Shown piece by piece: positions 1 through 14,410 of a stretch of 64,000 bases of DNA (positions are counted from its first letter, which is position 1; each line of letters opens with the position of its first letter). This stretch comes from the human T2T-CHM13v2.0 reference genome, Homo sapiens. The notes under the pieces are model-generated. The model ran no database searches and had not been told where the DNA came from. It saw only the letters and a program-made list of their open reading frames with translations. A program made the translations under genes and the position numbers. The stretch is taken from the NCBI RefSeq assembly GCF_009914755.1, contig NC_060925.1. The stretch is one strand, 5' to 3'.

Positions 1-674
1 CACAATCGAATTGAAACGAATGGAATTATCATGAAATTGAAACGGATGGACACATCATCGAATGGATTCGAATGGAATCATCGAATAAAATTGATTGAAA
101 TCATCATCAAATGGAATCGAATGGTATCATTGAATGGAATCGAATGGAATCATCATCAGATGGAAATGAATGGAATCGTCATAGAATGGAATCGAATGGA
201 TTCATTGAATGGAATCAGATGGAATCATCGAATGGACTGGAATGGAATCATTGAATGGACTCGAAAGGGATCATGATTGAATGGAATTGAATGGAATCAT
301 CGAATGGTCTCGATTGGAATCATTATCAAATGGAATCGAATGGAATCACCGAATAGAATCGAATGGAACAATCATCGAATGGACTCAAATGGAATTATCC
401 TCAAATGGAATCGAATGGAATTATCGAATGCAATCGAATGGAATTATCGAATGCAATCGAATAGAATCATCGAATGGACTCGAATGGAATCATCGAATGG
501 AATGGAATGGAACAGTCAATGAACTCGAATGGAATCATCATTGAATGGAATCGAATGGAATCATCGAGTGGAATCGAATGGAATTATGATCAAATGGAAT
601 CGAATGTAATCATCATCAAATGGTATCAAAAATAACCATCATCAATTGATATTGAATGGAATTGTCATCAAATG

Positions 675-680
675 GAATTC
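675..680. other. EcoRI site (GAATTC), one per unit, defining the classical 1.77-kb fragment; example
   Basis: GGAATTCAAAGG recurs once per unit (e.g. 675, 1983, 14542, 18094). Confidence 0.9.
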
Positions 681-1274
681 AAAGGAATCATCATCAAATG
701 GAACCGAATGGAATCCTCATTGAATGGAAATGAAAGGGGTCATCATCTAATGGAATCGCATGGCATCATCATCAAATGGAATCGAATGGAATCAACATCA
801 AATGGAATCAAATGGAATCATTGAACGGAATTGAATGGAATCGTCATCGAATGAATTGACTGCAATCATCGAATGGTCTCGAATGGAATCATCTTCAAAT
901 GGAATGGAATGGAATCATCCCATAGAATCGAATGGAATTATCATCGAATGGAATCGAATGGAATCAACATCAAACGGAAAAAAACGGAATTATCGAATGG
1001 AATCGAAGAGAATCATCGAATGGACCCGAATGGAATCATCTAATGGAATGGAATGGAATAATCCATGGACTCGAATGCAATCATCATCGAATGGAATCGA
1101 ATGGAATCATCGAATGGACTCGAATGGAATAATCATTGAACGGAATCGAATGGAATCATCATCGGATGGAAATGAATGGAATCATCATCGAATGGAATCG
1201 AATAGAATTATGGAATGAAATCCAGTGTGATCATCATCAAATGGACCCGAATGGAATCATCATCCAACGGAAGC

Positions 1275-1285
1275 TAATGGAATCA
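1275..1285 (+). promoter_or_regulatory. TAATGGAATCA, matching the DUX4 double-homeodomain consensus TAAYBBAATCA (two per full unit; the other type is at 2118-2128)
   Basis: Motif seen in AAGCTAATGGAATCAAC and ATCTAATGGAATCATT. DUX4 binding and activation of HSATII is established. Occupancy of these particular copies is not shown. Confidence 0.5.
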
Positions 1286-2030
1286 ACATCGAATGAATCG
1301 AATGGAAACACCATCGAATTGAAACGAATGGAATTATCATGAAATTGAAATGGATGGACTCATCATCGAATGGATTCGAATGGAATCATCGAATAAAATT
1401 GATTGAAATCATCATCCAATGGAATCGAATGGTATCATTGAATGGAATCGAATGGAATCATCATCAGATGGAAATGAATGGAATCGTCATAGAATGGAAT
1501 CGAATGGATTCATTGAATGGAATCAGATGGAATCATCGAATGGACTGGAATGGAATCATTGAATGGACTCGAAAGGGATCATTATTGAATGGAATTGAAT
1601 GGAATCATCGAATGGTCTCGATTGGAATCATTATCAAATGGAATCGAATGGAATCACCGAATAGAATCGAATGGAACAATCATCGAATGGACTCAAATGG
1701 AATTATCCTCCAATGGAATCGAATGGAATTATCGAATGCAATCGAATGGAATTATCGAATGCAATCGAATAAAATCATCGAATGGACTCGAATGGAATCA
1801 TCGAATGGAATGGAATGGAACAGTCAATGAACTCGAATGGAATCATCATTGAATGGAATCGAATGGAATCATCGAGTGGAATCGAATGGAATTATGATCA
1901 AATGGAATCGAATGTAATCATCATCAAATGGAATCAAAAATAACCATCATCAATTGGTATTGAATGGAATTGTCATCAAATGGAATTCAAAGGAATCATC
2001 ATCAAATGGAACCGAATGGAATCCTCATTG

Positions 2031-2966
2031 AATGGAAATGAAAGGGGTCATCATCTAATGGAATCGCATGGAATCATCATCAAATGGAATCGAATGGAAT
2101 CATCATCAAATGGAATCTAATGGAATCATTGAACAGAATTGAATGGAATCGTCATCGAATGAATTGAATGCAATCATCGAATGGTCTCGAATGGAATCAT
2201 CTTCTAATGGAAAGGAATGGAATCATCGCATAGAATCGAATGGAATTATCATCGAATGGAATCGAATGGTATCAACACCAAACGGAAAAAAACGGAATTA
2301 TCGAATGGAATCGAAGAGAATCTTCGAACGGACCCGAATGGAATCATCTAATGGAATGGAATAGAATAATCCATGGACTCGAATGCAATCATCATCGAAT
2401 GGAATCGAATGGAATCATCGAATGGACTCGAATGGAATAATCATTGAACGGAATCGAATGGAATCATCATCGGATGGAAACGAATGGAATCATCATCGAA
2501 TGGAAATGAAAGGAGTCATCATCTAATGGAATTGCATGGAATCATCATAAAATGGAATCGAATGGAATCAACATCAAATGGAATCAAATGGAATCATTGA
2601 ACGGAATTGAATGGAATCGTCATCGAATGAATTGACTGCAATCATCGAATGGTCTCGAATGGAATCATATTCAAATGGAATGGAATGGAATCATCCCATT
2701 GAATCGAATGGAATTATCATAGAATGGAATCGAATGGAATCAACATCAAACGGAAAAAAACGGAATTATCGAATGGAATCGAAGAGAATCATCGAATGGA
2801 CCCGAATGGAATCATCTAATGGAATGGAATGGAATAATCCATGGACTCGAATGCAATCATCATCGAATGGAATCGAATGGAATCATCGAATGGACTCGAA
2901 TGGAATAATCATTGAAAGGAATCGAATGGAATCATCATCGGATGGAAATGAATGGAATCATCATCG
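2031..2966 (+). repeat. Internal 468-bp tandem duplication (sub-blocks A and B) present in every full unit; example copy
   Basis: A starts AATGGAAATGAAAGGGGTCATC (2031) and B starts AATGGAAATGAAAGGAGTCATC (2499). Both carry AAACGGAAAAAAACGG and AATAATCCATGG. Paralogous ORF starts 2143/2611 are 468 apart. Diagnostic A/B alleles: aacag/aacgg, ttgaatgc/ttgactgc, ttctaatggaaagg/ttcaaatggaatgg, acacca/acatca, atcttcgaacgg/atcatcgaatgg. Confidence 0.93.
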
Positions 2967-4890
2967 AATGGAATCGAATAGAATTATGGAATGAAATCCA
3001 GTGTGATCATCATCGAATGGACCCGAATGGAATCATCATCCAACGGAAGCTAATGGAATCAACATCGAATGAATCGAATGGAAACACCATCGAATTGAAA
3101 CGAATGGAATTATCATGAAATTGAAATGGATGGACTCATCATCGAATGGATTCGAATGGAATCATCGAATAAAATTGATTGAAATCATCATCCAATGGAA
3201 TCGAATGGTATCATTGAATGGAATCGAATGGAATCATCATCAGATGGAAATGAATGGAATCGTCATAGAATGGAATCGAATGGATTCATTGAATGGAATC
3301 AGATGGAATCATCGAATGGACTGGAATGGAATCATTGAATGGACTCGAAAGGGATCATTATTGAATGGAATTGAATGGAATCATCGAATGGTCTCGATTG
3401 GAATCATTATCAAAAGGAATCGAATGGAATCACCGAATTGAATCGAATGGAACAATCATCGAATGGACTCAAATGGAATTATCCTCAAATGGAATCGAAT
3501 GGAATTATCGAATGCAATCGAATGGAATTATCGAATGCAATCGAATACAATCATCGAATGGACTCGAATGGAATCATCGAATGGAATGGAATGGAACAGT
3601 CAATGAACTCGAATGGAATCATCATTGAATGGAATCGAATGGAATCATCGAGTGGAATCGAATGGAATTATGATCAAATGGAATCGAATGTAATCATCAT
3701 CAAATGGAATCAAAAATAACCATCATCAATTGGTATTGAATGGAATTGTCATCAAATGGAATTCAAAGGAATCATCATCAAATGGAACCGAATGGAATCC
3801 TCATTGAATGGAAATGAAAGGGGTCATCATCTAATGGAATCGCATGGAATCATCATCAAATGGAATCGAATGGAATCATCATCAAATGGAATCTAATGGA
3901 ATCATTGAACAGAATTGAATGGAATCGTCATCAAATGAATTGAATGCAATCATCGAATGGTCTCGAATGGAATCATCTTCTAATGGAAAGGAATGGAATC
4001 ATCGCATAGAATCGAATGGAATTATCATCGAATGGAATCGAATGGTATCAACACCAAACGGAAAAAAACGGAATTATCGAATGGAATCGAAGAGAATCTT
4101 CGAACGGACCCGAATGGAATCATCTAATGGAATGGAATGGAATAATCCATGGACTCGAATGCAATCATCATCGAATGGAATGGAATGGAATCTTCGAATG
4201 GACTCGAATGGAATAATCATTGAACGGAATCGAATGGAATCATCATCGGATGGAAACGAATGGAATCATCATCGAATGGAAATGAAAGGAGTCATCATCT
4301 AATGGAATTGCATGGAATCATCATAAAATGGAATCGAATGGAATCAACATCAAATGGAATCAAATGGAATCATTGAACGGAATTGAATGGAATCGTCATC
4401 GAATGAATTGACTGCAATCATCGAATGGTCTCGAATGGAATCATCTTCAAATGGAATGGAATGGAATCATCGCATAGAATCGAATGGAATTATCATCGAA
4501 TGGAATCGAATGGAATCAACATCAAACGGAAAAAAACAGAATTAACGTATGGAATCGAAGAGAATCATCGAATGGACCCGAATGGAATCATCTAATGGAA
4601 TGGAATGGAATAATCCATGGACTCGAATGCAATCATCATCGAATGGAATCGAATGGAATCATCGAATGGACTCGAATGGAATAATCATTGAACGGAATCG
4701 AATGGAATCATCATCGGATGGAAATGAATGGAATCATCATCGAATGGAATCGAATAGAATTATGGAATGAAATCCAGTGTGATCATCATCGAATGGACCC
4801 GAATGGAATCATCATCCAACGGAAGCTAATGGAATCAACATCGAATGAATCGAATGGAAACACCATCGAATTGAAACGAATGGAATTATC

Positions 4891-6198
4891 ATGAAATTGA
4901 AACGGATGGACACATCATCGAATGGATTCGAATGGAATCATCGAATAAAATTGATTGAAATCATCATCAAATGGAATCGAATGGTATCATTGAATGGAAT
5001 CGAATGGAATCATCATCAGATGGAAATGAATGGAATCGTCATAGAATGGAATCGAATGGATTCATTGAATGGAATCAGATGGAATCATCGAATGGACTGG
5101 AATGGAATCATTGAATGGACTCGAAAGGGATCATGATTGAATGGAATTGAATGGAATCATAGAATGGTCTCGATTGGAATCATTATCAAATGGAATCGAA
5201 TGGAATCACCGAATAGAATCGAATGGAACAATCATCGAATGGACTCAAATGGAATTATCCTCAAATGGAATCGAATGGAATTATCGAATGCAATCGAATG
5301 GAATTATCGAATGCAATCGAATAGAATCATCGAATGGACTCGAATGGAATCATCGAATGGAATGGAATGGAACAGTCAATGAACTCGAATGGAATCATCA
5401 TTGAATGGAATCGAATGGAATCATCGAGTGGAATCGAATGGAATTATGATCAAATGGAATCGAATGTAATCATCATCAAATGGTATCAAAAATAACCATC
5501 ATCAATTGATATTGAATGGAATTGTCATCAAATGGAATTCAAAGGAATCATCATCAAATGGAACCGAATGGAATCCTCATTGAATGGAAATGAAAGGGGT
5601 CATCATCTAATGGAATCGCATGGAATCATCATCAAATGGAATCGAATGGAATCAACATCAAATGGAATCAAATGGAATCATTGAACGGAATTGAATGGAA
5701 TCGTCATCGAATGAATTGACTGCAATCATCGAATGGTCTCGAATGGAATCATCTTCAAATGGAATGGAATGGAATCATCCCATAGAATCGAATGGAATTA
5801 TCATCGAATGGAATCGAATGGAATCAACATCAAACGGAAAAAAACGGAATTATCGAATGGAATCGAAGAGAATCATCGAATGGACCCGAATGGAATCATC
5901 TAATGGAATGGAATGGAATAATCCATGGACTCGAATGCAATCATCATCGAATGGAATCGAATGGAATCATCGAATGGACTCGAATGGAATAATCATTGAA
6001 CGGAATCGAATGGAATCATCATCGGATGGAAATGAATGGAATCATCATCGAATGGAATCGAATAGAATTATGGAATGAAATCCAGTGTGATCATCATCAA
6101 ATGGACCCGAATGGAATCATCATCCAACGGAAGCTAATGGAATCAACATCGAATGAATCGAATGGAAACACCATCGAATTGAAACGAATGGAATTATC
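4891..6198 (+). repeat. 1,308-bp short unit, copy 2
   Basis: Spacing 4891->6199 = 1,308. Same junction and private variants as copy 1 (AAACGGATGGACAC, TGGTATCAAA, ATTGATATTG). Confidence 0.92.
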
Positions 6199-7974
6199 AT
6201 GAAATTGAAATGGATGGACTCATCATCGAATGGATTCGAATGGAATCATCGAATAAAATTGATTGAAATCATCATCCAATGGAATCGAATGGTATCATTG
6301 AATGGAATCGAATGGAATCATCATCAGATGGAAATGAATGGAATCGTCATAGAATGGAATCGAATGGATTCATTGAATGGAATCAGATGGAATCATCGAA
6401 TGGACTGGAATGGAATCATTGAATGGACTCGAAAGGGATCATTATTGAATGGAATTGAATGGAATCATCGAATGGTCTCGATTGGAATCATTATCAAATG
6501 GAATCGAATGGAATCACCGAATAGAATCGAATGGAACAATCATCGAATGGACTCAAATGGAATTATCCTCCAATGGAATCGAATGGAATTATCGAATGCA
6601 ATCGAATGGAATTATCGAATGCAATCGAATAGAATCATCGAATGGACTCGAATGGAATCATCGAATGGAATGGAATGGAACAGTCAATGAACTCGAATGG
6701 AATCATCATTGAATGGAATCGAATGGAATCATCGAGTGGAATCGAATGGAATTATGATCAAATGGAATCGAATGTAATCATCATCAAATGGAATCAAAAA
6801 TAACCATCATCAATTGGTATTGAATGGAATTGTCATCAAATGGAATTCAAAGGAATCATCATCAAATGGAACCGAATGGAATCCTCATTGAATGGAAATG
6901 AAAGGGGTCATCATCTAATGGAATCGCATGGAATCATCATCAAATGGAATCGAATGGAATCATCATCAAATGGAATCTAATGGAATCATTGAACAGAATT
7001 GAATGGAATCGTCATCGAATGAATTGAATGCAATCATCGAATGGTCTCGAATGGAATCATCTTCTAATGGAAAGGAATGGAATCATCGCATAGAATCGAA
7101 TGGAATTATCATCGAATGGAATCGAATGGTATCAACACCAAACGGAAAAAAACGGAATTATCGAATGGAATCGAAGAGAATCTTCGAACGGACCCGAATG
7201 GAATCATCTAATGGAATGGAATAGAATAATCCATGGACTCGAATGCAATCATCATCGAATGGAATCGAATGGAATCATCGAATGGACTCGAATGGAATAA
7301 TCATTGAACGGAATCGAATGGAATCATCATCGGATGGAAACGAATGGAATCATCATCGAATGGAAATGAAAGGAGTCATCATCTAATGGAATTGCATGGA
7401 ATCATCATAAAATGGAATCGAATGGAATCAACATCAAATGGAATCAAATGGAATCATTGAACGGAATTGAATGGAATCGTCATCGAATGAATTGACTGCA
7501 ATCATCGAATGGTCTCGAATGGAATCATCTTCAAATGGAATGGAATGGAATCATCGCATAGAATCGAATGGAATTATCATCGAATGGAATCGAATGGAAT
7601 CAACATCAAACGGAAAAAAACAGAATTAACGTATGGAATCGAAGAGAATCATCGAATGGACCCGAATGGAATCATCTAATGGAATGGAATGGAATAATCC
7701 ATGGACTCGAATGCAATCATCATCGAATGGAATCGAATGGAATCATCGAATGGACTCGAATGGAATAATCATTGAACGGAATCGAATGGAATCATCATCG
7801 GATGGAAATGAATGGAATCATCATCGAATGGAATCGAATAGAATTATGGAATGAAATCCAGTGTGATCATCATCGAATGGACCCGAATGGAATCATCATC
7901 CAACGGAAGCTAATGGAATCAACATCGAATGAATCGAATGGAAACACCATCGAATTGAAACGAATGGAATTATC

Positions 7975-9282
7975 ATGAAATTGAAACGGATGGACACATC
8001 ATCGAATGGATTCGAATGGAATCATCGAATAAAATTGATTGAAATCATCATCAAATGGAATCGAATGGTATCATTGAATGGAATCGAATGGAATCATCAT
8101 CAGATGGAAATGAATGGAATCGTCATAGAATGGAATCGAATGGATTCATTGAATGGAATCAGATGGAATCATCGAATGGACTGGAATGGAATCATTGAAT
8201 GGACTCGAAAGGGATCATGATTGAATGGAATTGAATGGAATCATAGAATGGTCTCGATTGGAATCATTATCAAATGGAATCGAATGGAATCACCGAATAG
8301 AATCGAATGGAACAATCATCGAATGGACTCAAATGGAATTATCCTCAAATGGAATCGAATGGAATTATCGAATGCAATCGAATGGAATTATCGAATGCAA
8401 TCGAATAGAATCATCGAATGGACTCGAATGGAATCATCGAATGGAATGGAATGGAACAGTCAATGAACTCGAATGGAATCATCATTGAATGGAATCGAAT
8501 GGAATCATCGAGTGGAATCGAATGGAATTATGATCAAATGGAATCGAATGTAATCATCATCAAATGGTATCAAAAATAACCATCATCAATTGATATTGAA
8601 TGGAATTGTCATCAAATGGAATTCAAAGGAATCATCATCAAATGGAACCGAATGGAATCCTCATTGAATGGAAATGAAAGGGGTCATCATCTAATGGAAT
8701 CGCATGGAATCATCATCAAATGGAATCGAATGGAATCAACATCAAATGGAATCAAATGGAATCATTGAACGGAATTGAATGGAATCGTCATCGAATGAAT
8801 TGACTGCAATCATCGAATGGTCTCGAATGGAATCATCTTCAAATGGAATGGAATGGAATCATCCCATAGAATCGAATGGAATTATCATCGAATGGAATCG
8901 AATGGAATCAACATCAAACGGAAAAAAACGGAATTATCGAATGGAATCGAAGAGAATCATCGAATGGACCCGAATGGAATCATCTAATGGAATGGAATGG
9001 AATAATCCATGGACTCGAATGCAATCATCATCGAATGGAATCGAATGGAATCATCGAATGGACTCGAATGGAATAATCATTGAACGGAATCGAATGGAAT
9101 CATCATCGGATGGAAATGAATGGAATCATCATCGAATGGAATCGAATAGAATTATGGAATGAAATCCAGTGTGATCATCATCAAATGGACCCGAATGGAA
9201 TCATCATCCAACGGAAGCTAATGGAATCAACATCGAATGAATCGAATGGAAACACCATCGAATTGAAACGAATGGAATTATC
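7975..9282 (+). repeat. 1,308-bp short unit, copy 3
   Basis: Spacing 7975->9283 = 1,308. Same junction and private variants. Confidence 0.92.
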
Positions 9283-12200
9283 ATGAAATTGAAATGGATG
9301 GACTCATCATCGAATGGATTCGAATGGAATCATCGAATAAAATTGATTGAAATCATCATCCAATGGAATCGAATGGTATCATTGAATGGAATCGAATGGA
9401 ATCATCATCAGATGGAAATGAATGGAATCGTCATAGAATGGAATCGAATGGATTCATTGAATGGAATCAGATGGAATCATCGAATGGACTGGAATGGAAT
9501 CATTGAATGGACTCGAAAGGGATCATTATTGAATGGAATTGAATGGAATCATCGAATGGTCTCGATTGGAATCATTATCAAATGGAATCGAATGGAATCA
9601 CCGAATAGAATCGAATGGAACAATCATCGAATGGACTCAAATGGAATTATCCTCCAATGGAATCGAATGGAATTATCGAATGCAATCGAATGGAATTATC
9701 GAATGCAATCGAATAGAATCATCGAATGGACTCGAATGGAATCATCGAATGGAATGGAATGGAACAGTCAATGAACTCGAATGGAATCATCATTGAATGG
9801 AATCGAATGGAATCATCGAGTGGAATCGAATGGAATTATGATCAAATGGAATCGAATGTAATCATCATCAAATGGAATCAAAAATAACCATCATCAATTG
9901 GTATTGAATGGAATTGTCATCAAATGGAATTCAAAGGAATCATCATCAAATGGAACCGAATGGAATCCTCATTGAATGGAAATGAAAGGGGTCATCATCT
10001 AATGGAATCGCATGGAATCATCATCAAATGGAATCGAATGGAATCATCATCAAATGGAATCTAATGGAATCATTGAACAGAATTGAATGGAATCGTCATC
10101 GAATGAATTGAATGCAATCATCGAATGGTCTCGAATGGAATCATCTTCTAATGGAAAGGAATGGAATCATCGCATAGAATCGAATGGAATTATCATCGAA
10201 TGGAATCGAATGGTATCAACACCAAACGGAAAAAAACGGAATTATCGAATGGAATCGAAGAGAATCTTCGAACGGACCCGAATGGAATCATCTAATGGAA
10301 TGGAATAGAATAATCCATGGACTCGAATGCAATCATCATCGAATGGAATCGAATGGAATCATCGAATGGACTCGAATGGAATAATCATTGAACGGAATCG
10401 AATGGAATCATCATCGGATGGAAACGAATGGAATCATCATCGAATGGAAATGAAAGGAGTCATCATCTAATGGAATTGCATGGAATCATCATAAAATGGA
10501 ATCGAATGGAATCAACATCAAATGGAATCAAATGGAATCATTGAACGGAATTGAATGGAATCGTCATCGAATGAATTGACTGCAATCATCGAATGGTCTC
10601 GAATGGAATCATATTCAAATGGAATGGAATGGAATCATCCCATTGAATCGAATGGAATTATCATAGAATGGAATCGAATGGAATCAATATCAAACGGAAA
10701 AAAACGGAATTATCGAATGGAATCGAAGAGAATCATCGAATGGACCCGAATGGAATCATCTAATGGAATGGAATGGAATAATCCATGGACTCGAATGCAA
10801 TCATCATCGAATGGAATCGAATGGAATCATCGAATGGACTCGAATGGAATAATCATTGAAAGGAATCGAATGGAATCATCATCGGATGGAAATGAATGGA
10901 ATCATCATCGAATGGAATCGAATAGAATTATGGAATGAAATCCAGTGTGATCATCATCGAATGGACCCGAATGGAATCATCATCCAACGGAAGCTAATGG
11001 AATCAACATCGAATGAATCGAATGGAAACACCATCGAATTGAAACGAATGGAATTATCATGAAATTGAAATGGATGGACTCATCATCGAATGGATTCGAA
11101 TGGAATCATCGAATAAAATTGATTGAAATCATCATCCAATGGAATCGAATGGTATCATTGAATGGAATCGAATGGAATCATCATCAGATGGAAATGAATG
11201 GAATCGTCATAGAATGGAATCGAATGGATTCATTGAATGGAATCAGATGGAATCATCGAATGGACTGGAATGGAATCATTGAATGGACTCGAAAGGGATC
11301 ATTATTGAATGGAATTGAATGGAATCATCGAATGGTCTCGATTGGAATCATTATCAAAAGGAATCGAATGGAATCACCGAATTGAATCGAATGGAACAAT
11401 CATCGAATGGACTCAAATGGAATTATCCTCAAATGGAATCGAATGGAATTATCGAATGCAATCGAATGGAATTATCGAATGCAATCGAATAGAATCATCG
11501 AATGGACTCGAATGGAATCATCGAATGGAATGGAATGGAACAGTCAATGAACTCGAATGGAATCATCATTGAATGGAATCGAATGGAATCATCGAGTGGA
11601 ATCGAATGGAATTATGATCAAATGGAATCGAATGTAATCATCATCAAATGGAATCAAAAATAACCATCATCAATTGGTATTGAATGGAATTGTCATCAAA
11701 TGGAATTCAAAGGAATCATCATCAAATGGAACCGAATGGAATCCTCATTGAATGGAAATGAAAGGGGTCATCATCTAATGGAATCGCATGGAATCATCAT
11801 CAAATGGAATCGAATGGAATCATCATCAAATGGAATCTAATGGAATCATTGAACAGAATTGAATGGAATCGTCATCAAATGAATTGAATGCAATCATCGA
11901 ATGGTCTCGAATGGAATCATCTTCTAATGGAAAGGAATGGAATCATCGCATAGAATCGAATGGAATTATCATCGAATGGAATCGAATGGTATCAACACCA
12001 AACGGAAAAAAACGGAATTATCGAATGGAATCGAAGAGAATCTTCGAACGGACCCGAATGGAATCATCTAATGGAATGGAATGGAATAATCCATGGACTC
12101 GAATGCAATCATCATCGAATGGAATGGAATGGAATCATCGAATGGACTCGAATGGAATAATCATTGAACGGAATCGAATGGAATCATCATCGGATGGAAA

Positions 12201-14369
12201 CGAATGGAATCATCATCGAATGGAAATGAAAGGAGTCATCATCTAATGGAATTGCATGGAATCATCATAAAATGGAATCGAATGGAATCAACATCAAATG
12301 GAATCAAATGGAATCATTGAACGGAATTGAATGGAATCGTCATCGAATGAATTGACTGCAATCATCGAATGGTCTCGAATGGAATCATCTTCAAATGGAA
12401 TGGAATGGAATCATCGCATAGAATCGAATGGAATTATCATCGAATGGAATCGAATGGAATCAACATCAAACGGAAAAAAACAGAATTAACGTATGGAATC
12501 GAAGAGAATCATCGAATGGACCCGAATGGAATCATCTAATGGAATGGAATGGAATAATCCATGGACTCGAATGCAATCATCATCGAATGGAATCGAATGG
12601 AATCATCGAATGGACTCGAATGGAATAATCATTGAACGGAATCGAATGGAATCATCATCGGATGGAAATGAATGGAATCATCATCGAATGGAATCGAATA
12701 GAATTATGGAATGAAATCCAGTGTGATCATCATCGAATGGACCCGAATGGAATCATCATCCAACGGAAGCTAATGGAATCAACATCGAATGAATCGAATG
12801 GAAACACCATCGAATTGAAACGAATGGAATTATCATGAAATTGAAATGGATGGACTCATCATCGAATGGATTCGAATGGAATCATCGAATAAAATTGATT
12901 GAAATCATCATCCAATGGAATCGAATGGTATCATTGAATGGAATCGAATGGAATCATCATCAGATGGAAATGAATGGAATCGTCATAGAATGGAATCGAA
13001 TGGATTCATTGAATGGAATCAGATGGAATCATCGAATGGACTGGAATGGAATCATTGAATGGACTCGAAAGGGATCATTATTGAATGGAATTGAATGGAA
13101 TCATCGAATGGTCTCGATTGGAATCATTACCAAATGGAATCGAATGGAATCACCGAATAGAATCGAATGGAACAATCATCGAATGGACTCAAATGGAATT
13201 ATCCTCAAATGGAATCGAATGGAATTATCGAATGCAATCGAATGGAATTATCGAATGCAATCGAATAGAATCATCGAAAGGACTCGAATGGAATCATCGA
13301 ATGGAATGGAATGGAACAGTCAATGAACTCGAATGGAATCATCATTGAATGGAATCGAATGGAATCATCGAGTGGAATCGAATGGAATTATGATCAAATG
13401 GAATCGAATGTAATCATCATCAAATGGAATCAAAAATAACCATCATCAATTGGTATTGAATGGAATTGTCATCAAATGGAATTCAAAGGAATCATCATCA
13501 AATGGAACCGAATGGAATCCTCATTGAATGGAAATGAAAGGGGTCATCATCTAATGGAATCGCATGGAATCATCATCAAATGGAATCGAATGGAATCATC
13601 ATCAAATGGAATCTAATGGAATCATTGAACAGAATTGAATGGAATCGTCATCGAATGAATTGAATGCAATCATCGAATGGTCTCGAATGGAATCATCTTC
13701 TAATGGAAAGGAATGGAATCATCGCATAGAATCGAATGGAATTATCATCGAATGGAATCGAATGGTATCAACACCAAACGGAAAAAAACGGAATTATCGA
13801 ATGGAATCGAAGAGAATCTTCGAACGGACACGAATGGAATCATCTAATGGAATGGAATGGAATAATCCATGGACTCGAATGCAATCATCATCGAATGGAA
13901 TCGAATGGAATCATCGAATGGACACGAATGGAATAATCATTGAACGGAATCAAATGGAATCATTATCGGATGGAAACGAATGGAATCATCATCGAATGGA
14001 AATGAAAGGAGTCATCATCTAATGGAATTGCATGGAATCATCATAAAATGGAATCGAATGGAATCAACATCAAATGGAATCAAATGGAATCATTGAACGG
14101 AATTGAATGGAATCGTCATCGAATGAATTGACTGCAATCATCGAATGGTCTCGAATGGAATCATCTTCAAATGGAATGGAATGGAATCATCGCATAGAAT
14201 CGAATGGAATTATCATCGAATGGAATCGAATGGAATCAACATCAAACGGAAAAAAACGGAATTATCGAATGGAATCGAAGAGAATCATCGAATGGACCCG
14301 AATGGAATCATCTAATGGAATGGAATGGAATAATCCATGGACTCGAATGCAATCATCATCGAATGGAAT

Positions 14370-14410
14370 CGAATGGAATCATCGAATGAACTCGAATGGA
14401 ATCATCATTG
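14370..14410 (+). repeat. Junction of a 713-bp deletion creating a 1,063-bp unit
   Basis: GGAATCATCG-AATG-AACTCGAATGGAATCATCATTG joins sub-block B (equivalent to 2889) to the position equivalent to 3602. Landmark spacing 12835->15674 = 2,839 = 1,776+1,063. Confidence 0.92.

Larger units (their letters stand above)
31..1338 (+). repeat. 1,308-bp short unit (one 468-bp sub-block lost), copy 1
   Basis: Landmark spacing 31->1339 = 1,308 = 1,776-468. Hybrid block: A-type GGGGTC...ATCGCA joined to B-type CAACATC...AACGG at about 773-794. Confidence 0.92.

Noticed and set aside
971-990. A-run in AAACGGAAAAAAACGG as a retroelement poly(A) tail or terminator
   Set aside because: It is only 7 A, is fixed in sub-blocks A and B, and derives from GGAATCAAACGG as seen in the divergent copies at ~43385. 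No target-site duplication or element body is present.
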